Positions 1 to 11,865 of a stretch of DNA of 64,000 nt are shown piece after piece. The position numbers and the translations under genes were made by a program. Origin of the DNA: Raja brachyura (taxonomy: Eukaryota); assembly GCA_963514005.1 (NCBI GenBank), contig OY740799.1, forward strand, positions 8,804,001-8,868,000, in the 5' to 3' direction. A model generated the notes under the pieces. It was given only the letters and a program-made list of their open reading frames with translations. It did not search any database and had not been told where the DNA came from. Positions within the stretch are counted from its first letter, which is position 1. The number at the start of each line of letters is the position of its first letter.

Positions 1-500
1 CCACTTTCTACAGGGGCACCATAGAGAGTATTCTGACCAGCTGTATCTCTGTCTGGTTTGGGGACTGTAAAGCCTCCGACTGGAAGTCCGTGCAGAGAGT
101 GGTGAGGACAGCGGAAAAAATCATCGGGACTTCTCTCCCCTCAATCGGGGATATTGCGACCAAATGTTGCGTGTCTAAGGCCAGCAGTATTATAAAAGAC
201 CCCACACATCTCCATCATGGACTGTTCACTCTGCTGCCCTCGGGCAAAAGATATCGTAGCATAAGGAGCAGAACATCAAGGTTCTGCAACAGCTTCTTCC
301 CACGAGCCATCAGACTCCTGAATGCCATGTAATGGGCTGCCACCATTGTCTATTTATCCTTTTTATCCATTTTATCCATGTTTATCCTTCTGTTAATTAT
401 CGTGTTGCACAGGGAGCCAAATGCAACGGAATTTCGTTTGGAACTGCATATATCGATTTATTTCTAAATGACAATAAAGTTTGACTTTGACTTGACTTGA
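1..500 (+). mobile_element. Rex1/Babar-type LINE 3' end
   Basis: TFYRGTIESILTSCISVWFG...DPTHLHHGLFTLLPSGKRYRSIRSRTSRFCNSFFPRAIRLLN*, then 3' UTR, AATAAA and a (TTGAC)n tail. Confidence 0.88.
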
Positions 501-2479
501 CAATCAAGAAAGAAAACGTTCCATCACATTGACATCCATTCAAGACCCAGAGTGAAAATCCAGCTCACTGATCCATTGCTGTCTTTGTTCGAGAGCCTTG
601 CTTTGTTTCCGAAACTCCTTTCACCCTCAAGATTTAAAATATGTTCTAATATATGTCTGGAATATTCCAGCATAGGAGTCCGGATGGCCTATCATCCATA
701 TACAGGTTCCTGGAAGAACCTACCCCAATCATTCATCTCTGCTTTCCCCTCTAGACGCAGAAGAAAGATCTCCAGCTATTCAGTTGCATACATTTATGCA
801 ATCCTCTCCATGGGTGGCCGTGGAATCCTCCACCACATTTTCAGGGTGCGCCGACAAGATTGCAACATCTGGACTACACACCTGCAAACAGGAGTTCAAA
901 TCCAACTAGGTTGGCTGAGAATTTAAATTCAAGGAACTAATTGAAACCTAGATATAGAGGTGCAATCTATAATGGGAAGCATTAACACTACAGGATTGCT
1001 GTGAAACCCTAACTTTATTTTTTAATCAATATCCCTCAGGGTATGAAACAGATCACCCTTACCTGGTCTGATCTACATGTGACTTCAGGCCCATCAACAG
1101 GGTGGATTCTTAATTGACTTCTAAAACCAGGCTTTTTCCAGCGGCGATACAGATGGAGAATAAATAATATCTTGCCAGTGACATTGCAATTTTATGAATG
1201 AATGAATAGAAAACACATTGCTTGGACAACATTCTCCCTTCTTCCTAATTCCTTGTACGTGTGCCTTTTGGCCATCAATAATAGTCAAAGTCAAATTCTA
1301 GAATGCACGGGACATTCATCACATGCTGGTACCTCATACCAATGTTCTCCGTTGCTTCAATATCTCCATTGGTATGAAAAGGTCAAGAGGACGTATTATA
1401 AATATAGACTCATTCTGATGAAACAATGGACTACAGATGTGGTTTACAAAAAAGGACAAAGCTGGAGGAACTGAGCAGTCAGGCAGCTTCTCTGGAGAAC
1501 ATGGGTATAAGGGGCCCGACCCCTATCCATGTTCTCCAGAGAGGCGGCCTGACCTGCTGAGTTACTCCAGCAATGTGTGTGCATCTACATTTCTTTCTCA
1601 GTTTGAAACCCTCAGTAACGACGCATTCCCAATAAATAAAATACCTTCCAATAAATGCGGCCTTTAGGGAATGCGACATCTCTTAGGGTCGGAAATGAGG
1701 GCAGCAAGACTAGCTCCACCGCACACCGCAGCTTTGCCATGCTGCAAAGTCTTAAAGATGATTTGGAGTTCCTTTGAATACGTAAATTGATGCATATAAA
1801 TCATGTACAAACCCCTGTCAGAATGCTATTCTCCTTTCCTGTTCATGTTATAATTGATGGCTAAGCTGTTTAAACTGGAAATAGTTTGATGCTGGGACTT
1901 TGTTGAGTTTAATTATCAAAATTCTGAGCCAAGCAAAATGATTAAGATTGGAAAATCCAGTCACACCTTAGCAGGTGGCTCTCAGTTCCCTACAAAAGCC
2001 TTTTCAGGTGTTGCCAATTAAAATGCTACATTAAGTTCCAATTGTCACGCCTTGCAACACAACACCAGTGTCCAAAATTACAACTGAAATAAACATTGCA
2101 GTGCCCAGTCCACTCTCATATTCAACTTGATCACAGCGATTCTGCACTTCAATTCCCAATGCTCACTTCAGCTAGAAGGTTCAGTGATTCCAGAGACGTT
2201 CCCATGTTCCTTGCCGTGCGTCCCTTCTAAAATTCATTACCTTCGGCTTTGAAACTTACAATCGACCACAAATGACCAGTGGTTGAGTTAAGTTCTCCTC
2301 ACCTAAATTTCAACTCACTCCCCACCCTTCCTGATCATATGTAGTCCTGATCAGCAGAAAGCGGGAGATCCAAGATGGGGCCCAAAACCAGGCAAGTCTT
2401 TGTGTGCCAGTCACAGAAATGGACACGCAATCACGCATTACAGTCGCTACACTCTTTCAAGTCCCTACTCCAACATTAA

Positions 2480-2620
2480 ATTTTCTTATTCCCTTTATCG
2501 TGTATCTGTACACTGAGGATGGCTCAATTGTAATCATGTATTGTCTTTCTGCTGACAGATTAGAACGCAACAAAAGCTTTTCACTGTACCTCGGTACACG
2601 TGACAAGAAACTCAACTCAA
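2480..2620 (+). mobile_element. LINE-derived 3' tail fragment (same family as 54290-54430)
   Basis: attgtaatcatgtattgtc...caaaagcttttcactgtacctcggtacacgtga, also present at 54340-54430. Confidence 0.7.
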
Positions 2621-3339
2621 CGCACCTTCCCAAACGTCAAGAAGAGTCCACACATGGAATCAGATTTCTCTTCCATCCTCCTTCTCATTACATCCACAAT
2701 GATCCTCACAAGTGATCACACTGCAATGACAGGTTTGGCTCTCACCCACCTGAAGGATAACTTCTTCAACCAAAGGGTGCTAGGTGCAGTAGTTGAGGCA
2801 GGTACTATAACAGTATTTAAGATACATTTTGGACAGGTGCATGGATTGGAAAGGTCTAGAGGGATATGGGCCAAATGCAAGCTTAGATGGGGCATCTTGG
2901 TCAGCATGGCCAAGTTAGTCCAAAGGGCCAATTTCCATGCTAGGGCACCGGGCGATAATTTAAAACACAGCCTTTTTCTGGGGATTGATGCAAGTTAATT
3001 ATTGAATAAGCAAGTGGACATGATAGACATTCACTTTTCACTGGAATTTTTTGGGAAATGCAGAATTCAAGCCAACTCTGTCCATGACCAGGGATAGAAC
3101 TGTAACCCACATAAAATCAACGCAGCCCTCCGCTGTTGAATCTGGCACTTTTCACACAAAAACCGACAGCGCTCTTGGCCACCAAGAGACCATTCACGAG
3201 TCGTTGTGGCACGAGTGACTATTAGTGAAACAGATTGGCAGCATCACTGCAGGAGCAAACAGTGGCGATCAGGAACCAAGACAAGACCCCAGCACCAACA
3301 CTTTGACTTATAAATACATCGGCAATCCTTTAGGAGGCG

Positions 3340-3848
3340 CCACTGTGGCACAGCAGTAGGGTTGCTGCCAGACAGCACCAGAGCCCCGGGTTCGATCCCG
3401 AGTACAGATTCTCTCTGTGTGCAGAGTTTGTACGTTGCTCCTGCGACAGCCTGCATTTTTTTTCTCTCCGGTGACTCCAGTTTCCACCCATATTCCAAAG
3501 ACAAGCAGGTTTGTAAGTTAACAAAAGGTAGACAAAAGTGCTGGAGAAACTCAGCGGGTGTGGCAGCATCTATGGACCGAACGATATAGGCAACGTTTCG
3601 GGCCGAAACGTTGCCTATTTCCTTCGCTTCATAGATGCTGCCGCGCCCGCTGAGTTTCTCCAGCACTTTTGCCTACCTTCGATTTTCCCGCATCTGCAGT
3701 TCCTTCTTAAACAGGTTTGTGGGTCAATTGGCTTCCATAAATTGTCCCCAATGCATAGGGCGTGAAACTGGGATAACGGGTGATCATTGGTCAGTGCCGG
3801 CTCGGTGGGCCGAAGGGTCTGTTTCCACGCTGTATCTCTAAACTTAAC
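3340..3848 (+). mobile_element. tRNA-derived HE1/V-SINE-like SINE interrupted by a Penelope-derived palindrome (~3515-3710)
   Basis: A box gtggcacagcagtag, B box ggttcgatccc, CR1-like tail gggccgaagggtctgtttccacgctgtatctctaaact. CAGGTTTGT occurs on both sides of the insert. Confidence 0.8.
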
Positions 3849-5329
3849 CCACTGAACCTGCCAGCTCTGTGGGAGGGCCTTCACCACATGAAAGGCCCCG
3901 ATTTAATAAAGACGGCTCGCTAATCTTCTGAAAGGCTAATTGCAATAAATATCAGTGGTGACCACGTCCACAGAATGTGTAATTAAAAGGTTTACGCTTC
4001 CAACAAGTTAATGGAACATTGTAACTCAAGAGTAATTGACGAAAAATGGTGCAATGAATGAATGCACAATAAGATCCTTGCAGATGCTGCGCTTTGTATG
4101 AATGCAACAATCTTACACTAACAAGCATAAACATCAGTAAAAGTGCATTTGTCAGAAGCAAAGAAAATGCATCCTTTTCTAGACTTTTAAAATAGAAACC
4201 TGTGCTGCTATTGCCTTTTAAATCAAACTGCAATCATGTTGTACCCTCCCTCCAAAACAGGCTGCTAGGAAATTAAATGCAATCATTTTGCTATTCACTG
4301 TTTGTTAGCACTTCCTCTATTGTTGAGATTCAATTTAATTAGAGAATGTAATAGATTGTCCTTTGTTCTCTATGCTGCAGTCACTTACACATTGTGCTGT
4401 GTCAGAGCTGGTGCGGTGCGTATTCCATCCACGGAAGCCTGGGTTTGACCACTTTATTTAACATTGCACTGGACTCTTCCCAGAGAGGGTTATAGGACAG
4501 CAATATGAAATACAGCTGGTTGATTTTTCACCCGGCTCAACCCGTGCCACTGCAAATATACATACAGACACTGACTGTTATAGTCATAGTTAAACAGCAT
4601 GGAAACAGGCCCTTCAGCCCAACTCATCCATTCTGACCGAGTTTCCAAACCCAGCTGGCCCCACCCATCTGTACCTGCCCATATCTACCCAAACCTCTCC
4701 CTTTCATGGGCCTTTTAAATAAAGTAATTGTACCCTCCTCTACCGCATCCTCTGGCAGCTTGTTCCATATTAGCACCATCCTTTGAGTGGAAAATGTTGC
4801 CCCTCAGATCCCTTTTGAATATTTCCTCTCTCACATTGAAGCTATGCATCCAATGTGGAAAGGATTTTTGGCCGTTCACCTATTCTCCTTACTTCGTGAT
4901 TTTATATACCTCTATTAGGTTGCCCCTCAACCCCCTACAATCCTGTGAAAAAAGTCTCACCCTATTCAGTCTCACCTTGCATCTCAGGCCCTTCAGCAAG
5001 GAACCATTTGCTCTCAGGCAGAATAATGGTCCCCAGCCACTGTAACATAAATAGCATCTGAAGTTCCTTCTGACACAATACTTTGTACTCCTTTCTTTGG
5101 CATTAGTGCCTGTGGGCTAAACTAAGTTTAGAAACCCTTCAACACGAACCAAGCCAGTTTTCCCCCCAAAAAAACATTTTTTTTTAAACTGTATAAAATA
5201 TTGAAAATTTGATTTTAAATGTTTCAAGTTGTTGGTTTCTAATATCAATGATGTGAATGTTGACGCAAATGTAGAAGTCAACACTTTAATTATAATAATC
5301 ACGCCAATGGCTGGTGATCTGAATCCATT

Positions 5330-6030
5330 CCCTTGTTAGCCACTCTGTGCACACCCGACTGTGTGGCACAGTACAATACCAACTCGATCTTGAAGCTAGC
5401 CGACGCCACCACTGTTGTCAACCAGATAAATGAGACAACGTACAAGAAAGAGATCAAGAACCTTGGGTCATTATGTCGGGACAACAACCCAACCAAGCAA
5501 AAGTGTCGGTTGTTGATCTAATAACCCAGGGGAGGAACACAACCCTGTCCTCATCAACAGAGCAGCTGGAGAGATGGTCGACAGCTTTGAGGTTCATAGA
5601 CATCCATAACCACTAGCCAGCTGCCCTGGTCCCTTCACATTAATGCAGTGATCAAGAGAGCCATCACTATATTTACTTTCCAGACAGCTCGAGAAGGCTT
5701 GGTGAATCCACGAACATTCTCGGGAACTTCTACAGATGTGCTGTAGAAAGTATTCTGATAGGATACATCTTGGCCTGACCTGGCCTGGCTTCTGCTCTGG
5801 TTTTGCTCGTCTGCCTGAACCTGTAGAGAGTGGGGGGGGGACATTGGCCAGTCCATCACAGGCTCGTCACTTCCTTCCACTCAGTCCATCCTCATAGTGC
5901 GTTGCATCAGGAATTATTGTCAAGGTTGTCTGCTGCCCTGGCCATTTCCATTTCTCTCTTATATGTTCAAGAAGATAAAAGAGCTTGAAACCTCAGATGG
6001 ACAGACTCAAGAACCGCTTCTTCCTTCCGC
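5330..6030 (+). mobile_element. Degenerate Rex1/Babar LINE RT fragment
   Basis: TPDCVAQYNTNSILKLADATTVV (decayed KFADDTTV motif) and FYRCAVESIL. Confidence 0.75.
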
Positions 6031-6252
6031 TGTAGGAAGGAACTGCGGATGCTGGTTTATACCGAAGGTGGACGCAAAGTGTTGGAGTAACTCAGCGGGT
6101 CAGGCAGCATCTCTGGAGAAAGGAAGCAGGTCACGTTTTGGGTCGGAACCCTTCTTCAGTCTGAAGAAGGGTCTCGACCCGAAAAATCACCCATTCCTTC
6201 TCTCCAGGGATTTTAAACCATTTTAAACCAGCATCTGCAGTTCCTTCCTACA
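6030..6252. mobile_element. Palindromic Penelope-derived mini-element with head-to-head hammerhead-like cores
   Basis: Ends tgtaggaaggaactgc...gcagttccttcctaca; centre cttcttcag-t-ctgaagaag at ~6160. Confidence 0.8.
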
Positions 6253-7123
6253 CACTACTCTTACCTCTACCTCGGTTCCCTATTCCCTGGGTCTGTAATA
6301 CATTTTGCACTACTTCAGATTGCACTGCAGTGTTTGCACCATCAGCTGCTTTGCACTCTCAATGTATTTATTGGTGTGATTATCATTACTGTATCCAAAC
6401 AGTTTAGTCTCCGAGCTTCATGTGACAAAGAATTTCATCGCACCCTGGTGTATATCACACTGATCATACCAGATCGGACCCAGAACAATTAAATTCCTAC
6501 TTGCTGCAACTTTACTGGCACATTAGATGCAACAAAATGGGTACATTTAAGATTCTGGCAAAGTGTTATGCACCATTTAAAAAAAAGAACAAATATACAC
6601 TTATGAATAAGAGCGTCAGTTGAGTTTAATGGTTCCAAGCTGGTTTGTGTGGCACAGTCTCCATCACAAGTAATGTAGTAATGCACCATAAATGGTTATG
6701 ATGTGCTCCGTCTGCCGTGTAGATCAGACCCATTGAATGTCCACATATGTGCTACTGCCCATGCAGCAGAACCTGATCTCCAATTGTCTCAGTATTCTGC
6801 CAAGCATATTTTTCTACTAAGAACAAGATATTCATGTGATAGGAGCAGAATTATGCCATTCAGCCCATCAGGCCGACACCACCATTCAATCATGGCTGAT
6901 CTATCTCGCCCTCCTAATCCCATTCTCCTGCCTTCTCCCCATAACCTCTGGCATCTGTACTAATCAAGAATCTATCTATCTCTCTCTGCCTTAAAAATAT
7001 CCACTGACTTTGTCTCCACAACCTTCTGTGGCAAAGAATTCCACAGATTCGCCACCCTCCACTCGCCAAAATTCCCCCTCATCTCCATCCTAAAAGGGGA
7101 TGAGGGGGAACATTCTTTACTAG

Positions 7124-7586
7124 AATGTTGCCTGGGTTCCAGCAACTAAGTTACAGAGAAAGGTTGAACAAGTTAGGTCTTTATGCTTTGGAGCGCAGAA
7201 GGTTAAGGGGGGGGGACTTGATTGAGGTCTTTAAAATGATGAAAGGGATAGACAGAGTTGACGTGGATAAGCTTTTCCCATTGAGGTTAGGAAAGATTCA
7301 TACAAGAGGGCATGACATGAGAATTAAGGGACAGAAGTTTAGGGGTAACATGAGGGGGAACTTCTTTACTCAGAGAGTGGTGGCTGTGTGGAATGATCTT
7401 CCTGCAGAAGTGGTGGAGGCAGGATCGATTTTAACATTTAAAAGTCAATAGGTATATGGACGGGAAGGGAATGGAGAGGTATGGTCTGAGTGCAGGTAGA
7501 TGGGACTAGGGGAAAATAAATGGTCAGCACAGACTGGAAGGGCCGAGAAGGCCTGTTTCCGTGCTGTAATTGTTATATGGTTATAT
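7124..7586 (+). mobile_element. Young CR1 LINE, 5'-truncated
   Basis: LSYRERLNKLGLYALERRRLRG...DLIEVFK...TRGH...FFTQRVVAVWNDLP; (ATGGTTAT)-type tail; nearly identical to 61099-61563. Confidence 0.9.
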
Positions 7587-7770
7587 AAAAGAACGTTCTT
7601 TAATTCTGAGGCTATGGCCTCTAGTCCTAGACTCTCCCACTAGTGTAAACATCCTCTCCACATACACTCTATCCAAGCCTTTCACTATTCTGTACGTTTC
7701 AATGAAGTCCACCCTCAATCTTCGAAACTCCAGCGAATACAGACCCAGTGCCCACAAAGGCCCATCATAC
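7587..7770 (-). mobile_element. CR1 LINE ORF2 fragment
   Basis: LGLYSLEFRRLRVDFIETYRIVKGLDRV...SRTRGHSLRI. Confidence 0.85.
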
Positions 7771-9078
7771 GTCATTGCCCTTGTGGCTAAAGGGATCAGG
7801 GGGTATGGAGAGAAGGCAGGTACAGGATACTGAGTTGAAATGATCAGCCATGATCATATTGAATGGCGTTGCAGGCTCGAAGGGCCGAATGCACATATTT
7901 TCTATTTCTATGTTAACCAACTCATTCCTGGGATCAATCATTGTAGCTGTGCATGGGGGTTTTTTTTTTGACAATATCTAATTCAATGGGTTAGCAAACC
8001 AGGTTCTCACCCCAGGAGTTGAGTTTTTAAAAACCCAAGCCAAATGAAGAAATAACTTCACTCTCCCTATTACGTTGATGGATCTGAGCTTTTCTTGTGC
8101 ACACAGCTCAGTTGGGCTGCCTAAGGGTTGGAAAAGATCACGCCATCCACTGTAATTTTGTTTTCATGCTAACTAGCTCCTCCTCCATTCACTGCAAAGT
8201 GGTGAGAATTCAACAATTCCTTTTTTCCACACTGCCCAAAATTAACTGGCTGGTTTATTGATTTTCAGAGTGCGAGTGAATGCATATTTCAATTTATAAG
8301 TAAGTCTTTCCACTATAAGTACGGATAAAATCTTCAGTATGCATCCTTCTCCTCTGAAATAATGACCAGTCTGTTGCGCTGTGAAGGGTCTCTTGCAATC
8401 CTATGGCACAAGTTTCAAAGTTGGCCGACACCTTCCAAGCATTTGTTTTGTAAAATTAGGAAAGATAGATTTGGCCAAATCCTTGGGATAGATACATCAG
8501 GTTAGTTGGATATCCATGCATCGGTGTGTGGATGCTGCTCAACTTATTCTAAACCTTTTAAGCTTTAATTTTATTTACAATTAAACCAGAGGGATTACAA
8601 TTTAATAGTACTTCACTTCTGGTAAAACCAGGACACAGAGGTTGTGAAAAGCACTGCATGGACGCAAGCCATTCTTTCCACTGGGGTTGAGTGCAGAACC
8701 AAGCTAGAACAACAGAAGATCGGGAGATAGTCGGGGCAGATAATAATCCAGAAACGCATTTGCACACATCTTGGTTTCAACCGCTGGGACATGAGCTGGG
8801 TCATCGGAATCAGGCCTCCACTGTCGGCAACCTGCCACCAATTGCTCTTGGCAACTAGACAGATGCTAGAATATCCAGTTGGAAAGGTGCCATATGCAGC
8901 CATATAGAGTCGTCCAGCAGGCAGCAAGGCCCCTGGTTCCAATTAGCCCCCACTGGTCACCACGCGTTCAGTTGCACGATTCCTACTTTATTCTCCTTAC
9001 ATTCCCATCAACTCCCCCCAGATATCTACCGATCACCGACATACTGGGGGCAAGTTTACATTGTTCAATGATATCATA

Positions 9079-10115
9079 TAGGTATGTTGCAAAACTTACC
9101 TTGAGCATCACTGCACTTCTGCCACTCCCCATGTGCGTGACTTTGGCGCCTTTCAGAGGGGGGCGGGCTTAAAGTGCCGTTTTTCAACAGACCTGGAAAA
9201 TCGATCAATGTCGGGCGATTTCGTTGCGGAAGAAAAATCGCTCCGACATTTCATCAATGAAGGTATTTTTAAATTACTCTAAATCATTTGTTAACTAGAG
9301 TAATTTAAAAATCACCTTCAAAAGCCGTGAGCACTGACAACCGGAAGGATTTTGCGTAGGGGAGAAAAAAGGTAAATAGTTTATTTTTATATTAAAAGTT
9401 GGTTTTTCGGGAGGCTTTAATAATATCTTTATGTTGCGAAATGGGGTCCCAAAAAATGTATGAACAAACAGTATTTTTCCTCCCGACTTCACCGCTAACC
9501 GCAACGTTCCAATCCACCGCATTCCACTAAAACCCACTCGCTAGTTGATTTAAAATGTCCATTAATTTACAGGAATCAAACACTAAATTCCTTCCATTTG
9601 GCCCAGAAATTCATGAAAATGAGATTTAAAAATTATGTTATATTGTGGATTATTGTGTGAATGTTATTTGGACACTTAGGCAATTTTTAAAAAGTTTATC
9701 TTTTCTTAAGAAATGGATAGATGTTTAGATCTACTCATTGAATTTTGTAATTAGCTACAATTAGATAACTAACTAATTATATGCTTTAAATTCAGGTCAT
9801 CCAAGATGTAAGATTGTTCCATATTTGTTTCAGAATGCTTCAATCTATAATAACTAAAAATTTCATTGAGTTCTCTTAATTTTTAAGAAAGTTATGGGCT
9901 TTTAACTTTTCCAGATCACAGCTTTTGAGTTAAGTCATTTGAAAGGCAATGGGGAGCAAGATGCTAATTTCCAAGTATGAAAATGGCCATAACTTTCGTA
10001 ATACTGAAGATATGAAAGTAAATTAGGTGTCAAATTAAACTTCTTTTTATGCTTTATCTGATGGGATAAATTGCAGACTTGATTTTTTAAATCTCAAAAT
10101 TTTGTAACATTGCTA
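9079..10115 (+). mobile_element. Non-autonomous DNA transposon, ~16-bp TIRs, apparent 7-bp TSD (hATw-like)
   Basis: Left end TAGGTATGTTGCAAAA, right end TTTTGTAACATTGCTA; TATCATA at 9072-9078 and 10116-10122; homologous to 49068-50879. Confidence 0.82.
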
Positions 10116-10629
10116 TATCATATATCTTTAGGATGTGTGAAGAAATTGGAGCATCCATAGGAAATAGGGAGAAACTCCATACAGGCGGCACTGGAGGCCA
10201 GGACTGAATCCGGATTACTGGAGCTGTGTGGCAGCGGCCCTACTAGCTGTGCCACTCTACCTTTGTACCATCCTGAAAGTACCTGGTGCCTGGGAACGGC
10301 CATGCAATGCCACACAATCACTTGGCACTAGAGCAACAACATGGTGGCAGAGACAAAGCATCTGCCCGGCTCATCTGTATGATTCAGGCCTATTAATCCA
10401 AAAACCCAAACATAACTAATCTTCACTGATGATTTGTTATAAATAATATACTGTTATCTTCAGGGCCCAGACTACCACTCTAAGATAACACATATGCCCT
10501 ATATAGAGCATAATGTTGGATTAAAACCCATGTTAGCCTTGCACACAAACGTTACACAGAATGACGGTGCTGGCTCGAAGGGCCGAATGGCCTCCTCCTG
10601 CACCTGTTTCTAGCATCATGACACATGCC

Positions 10630-11070
10630 AATGTGAGGAACTGCAGATGCTGGTTTGCCAAAGAATGGACACAAAGTGCTGGAGTAACTCGGTGGATCAA
10701 GCAGCATCTCTAGAGAACATGGAGCGGTAACATTTCGTGTCGGGATCCATCTTCAGACTGATCAATCCTGACCCAAACCGTCACCTATCCATGTGTAGGA
10801 AGGAACTGCAGTTGCTGGTGTACACCGGAGATAGACACAAAATGCAGGAGTGACTCAGCGTGACAGGCAGCATCTCTGGAGAAGGAATGGGTGGCGTTTC
10901 GGGACGAGACCCTTCTTCAGTCTGAAGAGGACTTACATCACCCATTCCCTCTCTCCAGAGATACTGCCTGTCCCACTTGAGTTACTCCAGTATTTTGCGT
11001 CACCTATCCATGTTCTCCTGAGATGCTGCCTGACCTGCTGAGTTACTCCAGCACTTGGTGTCTTTTTTTT
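10630..11070. mobile_element. Nested pair of Penelope-derived palindromic elements
   Basis: Inner copy ~10795-10998; cgtcacctatccatgt duplicated on either side of it. Confidence 0.75.
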
Positions 11071-11589
11071 TCCCCCCATGACGTATGCCAATGGGAGTTA
11101 GCATTTTTAAGGAACGAGCACAGCAGGTAAGAATTTCATTGTTCAGTTGGCTGGCACATCCGATCTAACTCGCCAGCCTTCTCCATCAAGACATGTCCAT
11201 CAATACACAAAGCTCTTCAAATGTCCGCTTTAGCACAGCATTTGAACATATATATTTGAATTTATTTTTGTTCCATTCTTTCTAACTGTGGAGAGAAGCA
11301 GGTGATAGCATAAGACCTGCCAATCTATCCAGCCAACTACCATAATAAACTGTTGGCTATGAAATCAACTTATTTACACAGAGAGATGGGCATTGTAAAT
11401 ATTTACCACGGCCAAATTATTCTCAGCAACACTACTTACAAGTACAAGCTGCATCCTTTGTGCACAAATTTCAGGGAGAAATTTAGGTCTGATCAGTAGA
11501 ATATGACATTTTGGAATGGTTGACAGAGATTTGATATGTCCACTTCAAATCTCTGACACAGATAGGACATTGCACTTGGTAACCTAGAG

Positions 11590-11865
11590 GGTGGCCCAGT
11601 GGTAGAGTTGCTGCCTCACAGCGCCAGAGACCCGGGTCCGATCCCGACTACGGGTGCTGTCTGCACGGAGTTTCTACGTTCTCCCCTGCGACCGCGTGGG
11701 TTTTCATAGAGTGTTCCGGTTTCCACCCACATTGCAAAGACGTGCAGGTTTGGAGGTTAATTGGCTTCCCTAGATGCAAGATGCAGAATTGGGATAACAT
11801 AGAAGTAGTGGACTGGTGATCATTGGTTGGCGCGGATCCGGTGGGCCGTGCTGTATCTCTAAAAA
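11590..11865 (+). mobile_element. HE1/V-SINE-like SINE
   Basis: tRNA-like head (gggtccgatcccgactacgggtgctgtc), central core and gctgtatctctaaaa tail. Confidence 0.8.

Noticed and set aside
3340-3420. tRNA genes suggested by A/B boxes (also 19765, 22755, 58700)
   Set aside because: These are SINE heads followed by SINE core and LINE-like tail; no full cloverleaf.
8613-8942. 109-aa minus-strand ORF as a nested gene or plxna4 exon
   Set aside because: No similarity to plexin or any family I recognise, and no convincing splice pair.
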